Shown here: positions 48,155 to 58,737 of the stretch, one piece after another
Layout of the letters: each line of letters starts with the position of its first letter
How positions within the stretch are numbered: position 1 is the stretch's first letter
DNA from: an uncultured Thermoprotei archaeon
GTDB lineage: Archaea > Thermoproteota > Thermoprotei > QMSL01 > B3-G16
Reading direction: 5' to 3'
DNA: 64,000 nucleotides
NCBI GenBank assembly: GCA_964517845.1
Contig: CAZFCQ010000010.1
Location: 14,936 to 78,935 of the forward strand
Made by a program: the position numbers and the translations under genes
Notes under the pieces: generated by a model
Told to the model about the DNA's origin: nothing
Databases searched by the model: none
Seen by the model: only the letters and a program-made list of their open reading frames with translations

Positions 48155-49202
48155 AGCTTTTCTATTTAGAGCAATTTTTATTGCATCTTTAATTAGCTTA
48201 TCCAGATTAACGCCTTTAGCCGCTGAGATCTCATAAAGGTTAATTCTTTCAAAGACTTTAAGTAATTGTTCTTTAGCTATCCTTATCTCATCATGTTTAG
48301 CAATATCTATCTTATTAATAGCTATTACGATTGGGATCTCCTTAAAGTTAGCCTTTATCTCTTGTAACACTCTTAATTGATAATCGAGAGGATACCCTGA
48401 ATGATATGTAGGGTCTATCAAAAATATTATGACATCTGCTAGGTATTTAAGTGCAGTTACTGCTTGTAGTTCTATAGGGTTCTTTTCTGAGAGAGGTCTA
48501 TCTAATAGCCCCGGCGTATCCATTATCTGGATTATGTTCACCTCATCTATTTTTATGTGTCCCAATATAAGATTCCTAGTAGTGAACGGATAAGGGGCTA
48601 TCTCTGGCTTGGCACTAGAAACTTTTCGAACTAATGTTGACTTCCCGACATTAGGTACTGCTGCTACGATTATCGTAGGCTTTTCAGGATCTATATCTGG
48701 TATTCTTGATAACTTCCTATTTGCTTCTGAAAGTAACTTAAAATCATTCCCTAATCTCTTAATGACTGAAGATACGCGACCTAGGTACTCCCTTCTTAAC
48801 CTCGAGATCTCTTTTTTAGACATAGCACTCCTTACTTCAACAATATACTCCGCTGAGAGCCTCTCTACAATTCTTATTCCCCGCATTATGTGCGATAAAC
48901 TTCTTTTTAGATTCTCTAAACCGATTAGTACTTCAACTAATTCCCTATAGAAAGGGATGAAGCTCATCTAACCGAGGATATCCGAAGCATATATCCCGTA
49001 GTCTCCTCCGTACATAGTTACGGATAGTCTTAATACGAGCTATCTCCTTAGCTTTAGCCTTCTCAATAGGTGAACCTTTGATTTTTATACTCGAAGCCTT
49101 TTTATTTCCTCTTCTAAAAGCTACTTCGATGATTTCACTAGGTGATCTAGGAATATAGGGGAGATCAACAAATGGTTGCATATTTTCACTTGAGGAAGGC
49201 AT
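48128..49202 (-). pseudogene. NOG1-family GTPase interrupted by a +1 frameshift (two ORFs: 48945..49202 and 48128..48967)
   Basis: The upstream ORF ends ...YPRLDELHPFL*. The downstream ORF begins MSFIPFYRELVEVL. Skipping one base at 48950 gives RLDELHPFYRELVEVL, which matches the conserved Nog1 LDDIHPFYADL block. The GTPase motifs AVPNVGKST, DTPG and NKID lie downstream. Confidence 0.7.
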
Positions 49203-49235
49203 CTTAAATAAAATAAGAATTCTTACTTATTAAAT

Positions 49236-49808
49236 GTGCTATCCTTTAGAGTAAGAGGGAAGTTTGTATCGTTTATTGGAATAAAATGCGATCCCATCTC
49301 TCATGTTGAGAAACTTTTTGTTGATATTAACCGTACAGCTAAGGAATACAACATACTCATAATTGCTTTAAATGCAATACATATTCTGAACTGGAGAGTC
49401 CTACTTAAAGCAGTTGAACATGCTATAAGAGCCTTCGAGAGAGGAGTTAATATCTCAAGAAAAATACCAATTGAAGTAATGCTATACCTCTCAGGTAAAC
49501 GTCAGATAAACGAAGCTCTCTCCATTTTTGGACTAAAACCCAATATCACCGAGATAGTCGTAGTTCTAATCTCTGAAGAAGTCATTTCTGAGGAGCTTAT
49601 TAATACTATCATAAAGCTTTTCCCTAATGCAAGAATTTCAGATAATCTTCTATTTCCTTCACAAGAAAAACTTCAGGCTATTCAGGAACTTTACGATATT
49701 CATGAAGAAGAACTGAATGCGTCTATAATTAAAGGAAACGAACTACTTGAGGAGTTGATTGAAAAGATAATTCTTTCAAGAATTGCTCTATTTGAATGTA
49801 AAAAGTAG
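49236..49808 (+). CDS. cgi121: KEOPS complex subunit Cgi121
   Basis: LSGKRQINEALSIFG and the C-terminal EKIILSRIALFECKK parallel archaeal Cgi121 (ASGQRQIHEAIKIIG ... EKIALIELKK). Confidence 0.75.
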   Translation: MLSFRVRGKFVSFIGIKCDPISHVEKLFVDINRTAKEYNILIIALNAIHILNWRVLLKAVEHAIRAFERGVNISRKIPIEVMLYLSGKRQINEALSIFGLKPNITEIVVVLISEEVISEELINTIIKLFPNARISDNLLFPSQEKLQAIQELYDIHEEELNASIIKGNELLEELIEKIILSRIALFECKK

Positions 49809-49812
49809 TCCC

Positions 49813-50358
49813 CTATTCTACTCCTAACTTCCTCTTCAACTTAACTATTGAAAGGATATCCTCTTGCCTTAGAACAGAAATACCGGTAACGCTTCCTAGA
49901 ATCTCTATCTCGACTATTTTATCTGGATTTTCTAGATTAACCTTCCTATTTATACCTGCTGCTATGGCATCTATTAACTCACGTCTACTCATAGCCGTGA
50001 ATCGCTTATTAACAGTTATCCTGTATGTTTCTTTTTCAGTAATCTTAGCAAGAGCAAGCCTCTGAGCCTGTTCTACTATAGTATTGAAATCTGTTTCTAC
50101 TACGATTTCTATAGGAATTACCTTTAACGTATACCTTACTTCCCAAGGTCTTTCTTTGACAAGTTCCTTTAGCTTATCTATCACTTCAAAAGGATTCAAG
50201 CTTGTTTTAGCTGTTACTAAACCTGGAATGCCTATCGCTCTTACTTGCGCTTTTTCATCGCCAAATTCACTAAGTATATATTTAAATTCAGACCTGCAAT
50301 CAAATTCACGGAATCTTCTTGTAGAAATTAGTAGGTTAAAGTCTCTACTCTTTCTCAT
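49813..50358 (-). CDS. THUMP-domain RNA-binding protein
   Basis: The product resembles the ferredoxin-like plus THUMP arrangement and has no catalytic domain. The gene overlaps the sua5-like gene by 4 nt. Confidence 0.65.
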   Translation of the reverse strand: MRKSRDFNLLISTRRFREFDCRSEFKYILSEFGDEKAQVRAIGIPGLVTAKTSLNPFEVIDKLKELVKERPWEVRYTLKVIPIEIVVETDFNTIVEQAQRLALAKITEKETYRITVNKRFTAMSRRELIDAIAAGINRKVNLENPDKIVEIEILGSVTGISVLRQEDILSIVKLKRKLGVE

Positions 50359-50990
50359 AATAGCTTCTCACCCAATACTCTCTCTATCAGACTTTTAGTA
50401 ATAGCTCCTTCCCTTACTAATCTAGGAGGAACCGTAGTTAAATCTATACATGTGGATGGGATACCCAAAGGAGCTTTACCAGAATCTATTACTAAATCAA
50501 CATTTCCTAATTGAGAAACTGCCTCTTCTGCTGTAATTGGTGGTTTCCTACCTGAAAGGTTAGCGCTAGTACCAATAAGCATTCCATTATTGATATTGAT
50601 TATGGCTAAAGCTATTTCATGATTTGGCATTCTTATTCCTATAGTATCTTTATTTCCTGTGACTACATCTGGTATTATCCTCTTTTTCTTTAGTATTAAT
50701 GTTAAAGGGCCAGGCCAGAATTCTTTTGCAAGTTCCTCTGCTAATTTATTGAAGTATGCTATCCTTTTACCAATCTCTAAATTACTTATAAGCACAGGTA
50801 AGGGCTTTTCAAGCTTTCTCTTCTTTAACTTAAAGATCTTTATTACAGCTCTCTCACTTAGAGGATCACAGCCTAAGCCATAAACCGTGTCTGTAGGGTA
50901 TATTATCAATCCTCCCTCCCTTAGTACCTCGCGCACAATTGTGCTAACGTTCCTAAACTCGTCAATTTTATTTATCCTAATAACTCTCAT
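50355..50990 (-). CDS. tsaC: L-threonylcarbamoyladenylate synthase (Sua5/YrdC/TsaC family, YrdC domain only)
   Basis: Blocks are YPTDTVYGLGCD, WPGPLTLIL and TSANLSG. Confidence 0.85.
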   Translation of the reverse strand: MRVIRINKIDEFRNVSTIVREVLREGGLIIYPTDTVYGLGCDPLSERAVIKIFKLKKRKLEKPLPVLISNLEIGKRIAYFNKLAEELAKEFWPGPLTLILKKKRIIPDVVTGNKDTIGIRMPNHEIALAIININNGMLIGTSANLSGRKPPITAEEAVSQLGNVDLVIDSGKAPLGIPSTCIDLTTVPPRLVREGAITKSLIERVLGEKLL

Positions 50991-51063
50991 AGTTTCATAA
51001 TTGATAAAGTGAGGTCAACATTTATATTCCTAAAGTTGAGTCGTTATTAATGTAGGTGAGTTT

Positions 51064-51804
51064 ATGTCCTCACCCCAAGAGGTTGTTGTCAAAGCAGTGG
51101 ATTTACATAAGTATTATTTCCTAAAAGGCGAGACTGTTAAGGCTTTAAGAGGTATAAATCTAGAGATATTTCGTGGAGAGTACATATCGATTCTAGGCCC
51201 TTCTGGTTCAGGTAAAACTACCCTCTTCAATATGATAGGTGGATTAGATAAACCTACTAAGGGTACTGTGTTCCTTGAAGGCTATGAACTTTCTAAGCTT
51301 AATTCAGCTCAATTAGCATGGATACGTTGTCATCGTGTAGGCTACATTTTCCAGACTTTCAATCTAATACCTATATTAACAGCTCTAGATAATGTTGCTT
51401 TACCAATGGTATTCGCAGGTATATCTCGTAAGGAGCGCTATGAGAAAGCAAAACGTCTTCTTGAGCGTGTTGGTTTGGGTGATCGACTTTACCATAGACC
51501 TGATGAGCTTTCTGGTGGTCAGCAGCAACGTGTCGCTATTGCTAGAGCATTAGCAAATGATCCAGCAATAATACTAGCAGACGAGCCTACTGGTAATCTC
51601 GATCTAAATACTGGACTTAGGATAATCCGTATGCTTAAAGAGCTTAATCAAGAGCAAGGAGTGACTGTTATTACTGCAACACACGACCTAAAAATGATAG
51701 ACGTAAGCGACAGAATAGTATGGATAAGGGATGGTCAAGTAGAACATGTTGAGAAGAGAATGGGTGTAGAGCTTAGCGAAGAGGAGTTAAAATTAGAGTT
51801 CTAG
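51064..51804 (+). CDS. ABC transporter ATP-binding protein (MacB/LolD/FtsE-like), no adjacent permease
   Basis: Motifs are [24 protein letters not shown] and ADEPTGNLD. Confidence 0.85.
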   Translation: MSSPQEVVVKAVDLHKYYFLKGETVKALRGINLEIFRGEYISILGPSGSGKTTLFNMIGGLDKPTKGTVFLEGYELSKLNSAQLAWIRCHRVGYIFQTFNLIPILTALDNVALPMVFAGISRKERYEKAKRLLERVGLGDRLYHRPDELSGGQQQRVAIARALANDPAIILADEPTGNLDLNTGLRIIRMLKELNQEQGVTVITATHDLKMIDVSDRIVWIRDGQVEHVEKRMGVELSEEELKLEF

Positions 51805-51946
51805 AAACACTTTTTTCATAAAACACTATGATAAATTAGTTAACACCATAAACTGAAGACTCAAAATGTCTGATCATAAGTTATATCAAAGTATGATTTA
51901 TTAACCCCTATTTTACTACCCTTACGGGAATAAATGGGGGGTAATC

Positions 51947-52228
51947 TTGAGATTTTGTCCCAAATGTGGCCATCTATTAATACCTAGAAAGATTAGTAAT
52001 AAGGTATATCTCGTATGTACTGCATGTAATTATAAACGCTCCATAGGCAAGGAAAAGATGATTATAGTCAATAATATACCCAGCGAGAGGAGACATAAAA
52101 TAGGCATTATTGAAGTTACTGCTAAGAAAGGTATCTCTAGAGAAGAGCGCGAAACTTATCAGGAAGAATATTATAGCGTCTTTCTTGATACATATGCTGA
52201 AGAATATGAAAGTTCTTCAGAGGATTAA
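51947..52228 (+). CDS. Zinc-ribbon protein resembling the N-terminal ribbon of RpoM/TFS, with an acidic tail and no C-terminal ribbon
   Basis: The N-terminus is M(TTG)RFCPKCGHLLIPRK...LVCTACNYK. The C-terminus reads EEYYSVFLDTYAEEYESSSED. Confidence 0.5.
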   Translation: MRFCPKCGHLLIPRKISNKVYLVCTACNYKRSIGKEKMIIVNNIPSERRHKIGIIEVTAKKGISREERETYQEEYYSVFLDTYAEEYESSSED

Positions 52229-52903
52229 GTCTTCCATGAAAGCTATTACTCTATATTCATTTTTGATTCTTTCTTCACTACTTATAATAACATGTATGTT
52301 CTCATAACCCTCCATGATCTTACCTTCAATCCTACCAGTAAGTCTTACCTTATAATGCGCTGGTAGTTTAAACTCTACGTTAATAGCCTTTCTAGGCTGA
52401 TTGTATATTAAGAAGTAAAGTTCGCCATAGCCTTTTATTCCCCAATGCTTTAATATACCTCCATTAACCCTCTCTACTTGGACTATTTCAGGAAAAGGAC
52501 CTAAGACGACTTTATACTCTTCCAAACCATAAAAGCTGAAGTCATAGATTACCTTAATCCTTCTATCCTCTTCTAAATCTTCTTGTCTTAGATCTATTAT
52601 CCTATAGTCAACATAACTATAAGGAAGAAGGCCATCAGCTATCATTGAAGCACTATATATGTACTTACCTTCATTTCTCCTTCCTCTCCTCTTAGGGTAA
52701 AGTATCCACTTATACTCATCATTATTAACTAAGTATGGCTCAGGGCTAATCCTACTTAATCTCAAAGGAATATCGCTAAATTTACAAATCATCTCAATAG
52801 GTGGTGGTATTTCTAAAGACTCTACTTCGTAGACGAAGGAAATTCTCCTTAATCGGAATTTATCATACGCATCTCCTTCTAGAAAGCATTTAAGAATACT
52901 CAA
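52217..52903 (-). CDS. Hypothetical protein (228 aa), no recognisable domain
   Basis: This is a long ORF with no competing frame and a beta-rich composition. Confidence 0.5.
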   Translation of the reverse strand: MSILKCFLEGDAYDKFRLRRISFVYEVESLEIPPPIEMICKFSDIPLRLSRISPEPYLVNNDEYKWILYPKRRGRRNEGKYIYSASMIADGLLPYSYVDYRIIDLRQEDLEEDRRIKVIYDFSFYGLEEYKVVLGPFPEIVQVERVNGGILKHWGIKGYGELYFLIYNQPRKAINVEFKLPAHYKVRLTGRIEGKIMEGYENIHVIISSEERIKNEYRVIAFMEDLIL

Positions 52904-52977
52904 GTCCTCCTCCCTTATACATATAAGGATTATACCAGATAACTTTTATATTGTTCGTTTTATTTAGGAGTTTCGCA

Positions 52978-54765
52978 ATGGTAAGAATTGCTGTAATAGA
53001 TCATGACCTATGTAAGCCTAAAGAATGTTCATTAGAGTGTATTCGTTTTTGTCCTCTCGTTAGGACAGGTACTAAAGTTATAGAATTTAATGAGGCTATA
53101 GGAAGGCCTATTATAAAGGAAATTCTATGTTTAGGTTGCGGTATTTGTGTAAAGAAATGTCCTTTCCGCGCTATCAGTATTGTAAATTTACCAGAAGAGC
53201 TAGAACGTTTTTGCATCCATCGATACGGACCTAATGGCTTTAAGCTCTACAGATTGCCTATTCCTAAAAAAGGTAAAGTCCTAGGAATAATCGGTCCTAA
53301 CGGCGTAGGAAAGAGTACTTCTCTAAAGATTCTAAGTGGTAAATTAAAACCAAATTTAGGAAGAATAGAAAACCCTCCTGAATGGGATGAAGTGATACAA
53401 ATCTTCCGCGGTTCTGAGTTACAGAACTATCTAAAAGCACTTTCAAATAATAAACTTAAAGTAGTTCTAAAACCTCAACATGTTGACCTCATTCCTAAGA
53501 CTATCAAAGGAACTGTAGGCAAGATCTTAGAAATAGCTGATGAGAAGGGAATAAAAGATGAAGTTAAAGAGCTACTAGATCTAAGTACAATATGGAATCG
53601 TAATGTTTCAGAGCTATCGGGTGGTGAATTACAAAGATTAGCTATAGGTATCGTTATGTGTAAGAATGCTGACATATACATATTTGACGAACCTTCTAGT
53701 TTTCTAGACGCCTTCCAAAGGCTAAAAGTAGCTAAAATCATACGTAATTTAGCTAAAAGAGGCCATACCGTTATTGTAGTTGAACACGATCTAGCAGTAT
53801 TAGACTACATATCTGATCTGGTCTGTATAATATACGGCGAGCCAGGTGTTTACGGTATAGTCTCTTTACCAAAAGGAGTAGGTGCGGGAGTAAATGAGTA
53901 CCTTGATGGTTATCTCTCGGGAGAGAATATGAGAATACGTTCCTACCGTATCTCGTTCAACTTACGCCCCTTAGAGCGTACATGGAAACCTGAGGAAGTG
54001 TTAATAACCTGGTCTAATATGGTTAAGCATCTTGGAGGTTTCACGCTCACTGTAGAACCAGGTAAAGTTCATAAAGGTGAAGTGATAGGCATCTTAGGCC
54101 CTAACGGAATAGGAAAAACGACGTTCATAAAACTACTCATCGGAGAGCTATCTCCAGATGAGGGATCACCTCCCTTAACCAGCTTATTAAAGCTCAGTTA
54201 CAAGCCTCAATATATATCGCCCGACTTTGATGGTACAGTATCCCAATTCTTAAGACAAGAAGGAAGTCCTGATGCATTAAGCTCATGGTTTATGAGTGAT
54301 GTATTAAAACCCTTAAGAGTAGATAAGTTACTCCAAAGACCCCTTAAGGAACTGTCTGGTGGTGAATTACAGGCAGTCTACGTATCGGCTTGTCTAGCTA
54401 AACCCGCTGACATATACCTAATAGACGAACCTATGGCATATCTCGATGTAGAACAAAGATTAGAGGTATCAAGAATCATTAGACGCTTAATCCAAGAACG
54501 TGAAGTTGCAGCTTTCGTGGTTGAACATGATATAATAGCTCACGATTTTATAGCAGATAGTATAATGGTTTTCGAAGGTAATCCAGGAGTTAAAGGCCAT
54601 GCTCTGTCACCAATGAAACTTAAAAATGGCATGAATAGATTCCTAAGAGAAATAGGGATAACATTTAGACGAGATAAACATAGTGGAAGGCCAAGAGTAA
54701 ATAAGGAGGAATCGTATTTAGACAGGTATCAAAAGTCTATCGGGGAGTACTACTTTATTGAATAA
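52978..54765 (+). CDS. abcE1: ABCE1 (RNase L inhibitor homolog), ribosome recycling ATPase
   Basis: The N-terminus has CKPKECSLECIRFCP and CLGCGICVKKCP (2x[4Fe-4S]). There are two NBDs (GPNGVGKST, GPNGIGKTT). Confidence 0.9.
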   Translation: MVRIAVIDHDLCKPKECSLECIRFCPLVRTGTKVIEFNEAIGRPIIKEILCLGCGICVKKCPFRAISIVNLPEELERFCIHRYGPNGFKLYRLPIPKKGKVLGIIGPNGVGKSTSLKILSGKLKPNLGRIENPPEWDEVIQIFRGSELQNYLKALSNNKLKVVLKPQHVDLIPKTIKGTVGKILEIADEKGIKDEVKELLDLSTIWNRNVSELSGGELQRLAIGIVMCKNADIYIFDEPSSFLDAFQRLKVAKIIRNLAKRGHTVIVVEHDLAVLDYISDLVCIIYGEPGVYGIVSLPKGVGAGVNEYLDGYLSGENMRIRSYRISFNLRPLERTWKPEEVLITWSNMVKHLGGFTLTVEPGKVHKGEVIGILGPNGIGKTTFIKLLIGELSPDEGSPPLTSLLKLSYKPQYISPDFDGTVSQFLRQEGSPDALSSWFMSDVLKPLRVDKLLQRPLKELSGGELQAVYVSACLAKPADIYLIDEPMAYLDVEQRLEVSRIIRRLIQEREVAAFVVEHDIIAHDFIADSIMVFEGNPGVKGHALSPMKLKNGMNRFLREIGITFRRDKHSGRPRVNKEESYLDRYQKSIGEYYFIE

Positions 54766-54770
54766 AGTAC

Positions 54771-55550
54771 TTAATAAAGTTCTTCTAACCTTCTAGCCCT
54801 TGCTCTTCTTAAGAACTCTAAGAAATGCTCTACCCATAAGTGATTGAAATACTCTAGATAACCCTTCACGTACTCATTTCCATCAACTTCTATTCCTAAA
54901 AAATTTTCCCCCTCCTTTATACATAATGATAAGAACATCTTCCTTGAATCTATTAAGACTATATTCATTGGAGGCGCCGTACGTGTATATCTAATCTCAA
55001 TATTCCCCTGTAACTCTCTACCTTCTCTAATCTCTAAAGGCTCTCTAAGTAAAAGATGTACTCTCTTTCCTTCTCTAGCCCTATTGAGACACTCTCTGAC
55101 TATGTTACCTAAAAGCCACTTTTCATATATCAAAGCCCTAATTTCATTATTAGCCCTGTTTATTTCCTCGCTGAGAGTATAAACAAATCCCCTTCTATTT
55201 AAGAAGATATTGAAAGGCGGCCTCTCTGTATTAGTAGCCTCTTGTAATAGCTTTTTATAACCCTCCTCTAGTTCACTTATTACTCTATTCTTTAGCGGAG
55301 CAAGAATCTTCGTAGGATTCAAAATAGTGTAAATGCGCGGTCTCCCAACGCTAACTGTTATTAAACCTTTCTCAAGTAACCCTCTCAAAGTCTTATAGAC
55401 ATGACTATCAGGTATCCTTGCATGCCTCATTATCTCTTTTGCAGTAGCTGACTTCATCCTTAAAAGTGCAAGATAGACTTTAGCCTCCTCAGAATTAAAG
55501 CCCATCATCGTTAGTATTCGATAAAGATTTTCATTCATATTTTCTACCAA
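54771..55550 (-). CDS. TrmB-family transcriptional regulator
   Basis: An N-terminal wHTH (EEAKVYLALLRMKSATAKEIMRHARIPDSHVYKTLRGLLEKGLI) is followed by a C-terminal effector-like domain. The gene is divergent from fbp. Confidence 0.75.
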   Translation of the reverse strand: MVENMNENLYRILTMMGFNSEEAKVYLALLRMKSATAKEIMRHARIPDSHVYKTLRGLLEKGLITVSVGRPRIYTILNPTKILAPLKNRVISELEEGYKKLLQEATNTERPPFNIFLNRRGFVYTLSEEINRANNEIRALIYEKWLLGNIVRECLNRAREGKRVHLLLREPLEIREGRELQGNIEIRYTRTAPPMNIVLIDSRKMFLSLCIKEGENFLGIEVDGNEYVKGYLEYFNHLWVEHFLEFLRRARARRLEELY

Positions 55551-55591
55551 TCGTAGTAGAGAGAAGCGTAAACTGTAAATATATTTCCTTT

Positions 55592-55602
55592 ACTTTATTA
55601 AA
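55592..55602 (+). promoter_or_regulatory. Putative TATA-like element (CTTTATTAAAA) upstream of fbp
   Basis: An A/T box is centred about 28 nt upstream of the fbp ATG. That spacing fits a leaderless or short-leader archaeal transcript. This call rests on position only. Confidence 0.3.
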
Positions 55603-55624
55603 AGGAGGAAGTTGGGGTTATATC

Positions 55625-56725
55625 ATGAAGGTAACAGTCTCTCTAATAAAGGCGGATATTGGTTCAATTGCAGGCCACCACCGTGTCTATAAGGATCAGT
55701 TAGAGTTTGCAAAGAAGAAATTGGAGGAAGCTAAGGAATCAGGACTTTTAATTGACTACTTCGTGTTCAATGCAGGAGATGACTTGGAATTATTAATGAC
55801 TCATACTAAAGGTGTTAGTAACCCAGAAATTCATAAACTAGCATGGGATACATTTAAAGAAGTAACTGAGAAAGTATCTAAACCATTGAAACTCTATGCT
55901 GCAGGCCAGGATCTCCTAGTAGAAGCTTTTTCAGGAAACATTCGAGGTATGGGACCTGGAGTAGCTGAGATGGAATTTGAAGAGCGTCCTAGCGAACCTA
56001 TATTAATCTTTGCTGCTGATAAAACAGAGCCTGGCGCTTGGAACTATCCATTATTTAAGATCTTCTCTGATCCATTTAATACCGCTGGACTAGTTATAGA
56101 TCCAAGAATGCATGAAGGTTTTGACTTCGTAGTACATGACGTAATGGAAGGAAAGGAAGTAACCCTACACTCTCCTAGTGAAATGTACGACTTACTAGCA
56201 CTCATAGGTACTGTTGGTCGTTACGTAATTTCCAGAGTCTATAGACACTCTGATAAAGAAATAGCTGCTGCAGCAAGTGTTACTAGGCTGAGCTTAATTG
56301 CTGGTCGCTATGTAGGAAAGGATGACCCAGTATTAATAGTTCGTGCTCAGCATGGTCTTCCTGCTGTAGGTGAAATCTTAGAAGCATTTGCCTTCCCATA
56401 TTTAGTACCTGGCTGGATGCGTGGCAGTCACAATGGTCCATTAATGCCTGTTCCCCTCAAATATTCACAATGTACCCGATTCGACGGTCCACCGCGTGTA
56501 GTTGGCTTAGGATTCCAGCTATGTAATGGTAAGCTAGTAGGTCCAGTAGATCTCTTCGATGATCCTGCCTTCGACACTGTAAGAACACAATCAGCTCAAA
56601 TAGCTGACTACATACGCCGTCATGGTCCATTCATGCCACATAGACTTGGACCTGAAGAGATGGAGTACACCACACTACCTGCCGTATTAGAGAAATTAAA
56701 GAATAGGTTCAAGGAAGCTAAATAA
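55625..56725 (+). CDS. fbp: Bifunctional fructose-1,6-bisphosphate aldolase/phosphatase (class V FBPase)
   Basis: MKVTVSLIKADIGSIAGHH is the hallmark N-terminus, and the 366 aa length fits. Confidence 0.9.
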   Translation: MKVTVSLIKADIGSIAGHHRVYKDQLEFAKKKLEEAKESGLLIDYFVFNAGDDLELLMTHTKGVSNPEIHKLAWDTFKEVTEKVSKPLKLYAAGQDLLVEAFSGNIRGMGPGVAEMEFEERPSEPILIFAADKTEPGAWNYPLFKIFSDPFNTAGLVIDPRMHEGFDFVVHDVMEGKEVTLHSPSEMYDLLALIGTVGRYVISRVYRHSDKEIAAAASVTRLSLIAGRYVGKDDPVLIVRAQHGLPAVGEILEAFAFPYLVPGWMRGSHNGPLMPVPLKYSQCTRFDGPPRVVGLGFQLCNGKLVGPVDLFDDPAFDTVRTQSAQIADYIRRHGPFMPHRLGPEEMEYTTLPAVLEKLKNRFKEAK

Positions 56726-56771
56726 GAAGCATTTTTTATCTATTTCTTTTAAATCTTGTTAAAAACTTTAA

Positions 56772-57485
<714 letters not shown>

Positions 57486-57549
57486 CGAAATTCTGATGTA
57501 AGATAAACCTAAAAGCCTCTTTTTTATATCTTATCACCTAGGTGAAGAT

Positions 57550-58440
57550 ATGTTTCGCGAAATTATACTTATGTCACTACTTACACTACTACTTATGGGA
57601 GTTGGAGCTTTAGTAGGTGCGGTATTCGGACTCTCAGCTCTTGATACAGCTTTTACAGCTCTTCTATTATCCATACCTCTAAATCTCTTCGTATACTTCT
57701 TTAGTGATAGCATAGTACTCGCTATGAGTGGAGCTAAGATAGTCTCAGAAGTTGATGCACCTAAACTCCATAGAATTGTAGAACGTGTTGCTGCTAACGC
57801 TGGAGTACCCAAGCCTCGTGTTGCTATAGTCCCTACTAACGTACCGAATGCTTTTGCTACTGGTAGAAGTCCTTCTCACGCTGTAGTAGCTGTAACAAAT
57901 GGAGCCTTATCTCTATTGTCAGATGAAGAACTTGAGGCTGTTATAGCTCATGAACTTTCACACATCAAGAATAGAGATATGCTAGTCGCTACAATGGCAG
58001 CAGTTCTAGCCAGCGCTGTAAGCTGGTTAGCTTATATGGGCAGATGGGGAGCTATCTTCTCAGCATACAGTAGAGATAGAGAAAGTGAAGGATCCATAAT
58101 CACCATATTCGCTATGCTAGCAGTAGCTATTATAGCTCCAATAATTGCTATGATAATCCAACTCGCAATATCACGTGCTAGAGAGTATAAAGCAGACGAA
58201 GGAAGTGCCTTCATAACTAAGAAACCTCAAGCACTAATTAGCGCATTAACTAAAATAGAAAACTTCATTAAATCAAGAAGAGGATCAATAAATGTAAATC
58301 CCTCCACAAGCATGCTATGGATAGTAAATCCCTTTAGAGGTTCTACACTAGTAGAACTATTCTCTACACATCCCCCAGTATGGAAACGCATAGAAAGACT
58401 AAAGAGAATAGCTAGAGAACTAGGAATATTCATAGAATAG
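57550..58440 (+). CDS. htpX: HtpX-family M48 membrane protease
   Basis: The [10 protein letters not shown] (HExxH) motif lies within a polytopic protein. Confidence 0.85.
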   Translation: MFREIILMSLLTLLLMGVGALVGAVFGLSALDTAFTALLLSIPLNLFVYFFSDSIVLAMSGAKIVSEVDAPKLHRIVERVAANAGVPKPRVAIVPTNVPNAFATGRSPSHAVVAVTNGALSLLSDEELEAVIAHELSHIKNRDMLVATMAAVLASAVSWLAYMGRWGAIFSAYSRDRESEGSIITIFAMLAVAIIAPIIAMIIQLAISRAREYKADEGSAFITKKPQALISALTKIENFIKSRRGSINVNPSTSMLWIVNPFRGSTLVELFSTHPPVWKRIERLKRIARELGIFIE

Positions 58441-58463
58441 CAACATAGCTAAATTACACAATA

Positions 58464-58541
58464 GGCCCCGTAGCTCAGTTAGGATAGAGCATCGGCCTCC
58501 GGAGCCGAAGGTCCCGGGTTCAAATCCCGGCGGGGCCGCCA
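58464..58541 (+). tRNA. tRNA-Arg (anticodon CCG), CCA encoded
   Basis: Manual cloverleaf: acceptor GGCCCCG/CGGGGCC, D arm GCTC/GAGC, anticodon stem TCGGC/GCCGA with loop CTCCGGA, T arm CCGGG-TTCAAAT-CCCGG. Confidence 0.9.
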
Positions 58542-58737
58542 CACCATATTAGAGACTCTTCACGAATTAACTTTGTAACTTTTAATAATATGACTCATGA
58601 GGTCTAATAATCTTTAAACATGCTTTTATTTCATCATCATAGCGTATTGTTTTTACTCATCAGATTATATATGCAGCTATAAGCTCACTAATGCATATTA
58701 AAATATAAAAATATAATAAATTAAAGGCGGCCTGTAA

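Noticed and set aside
52110-52307. 65 aa plus-strand ORF overlapping the zinc-ribbon gene and the 228 aa gene
   Set aside because: It is an alternate frame with no start context, and longer ORFs on each strand fully cover it.
57534-57812. 92 aa minus-strand ORF opposite htpX, together with 58032..58214 and 58227..58433
   Set aside because: They are antisense to a motif-supported M48 protease gene.
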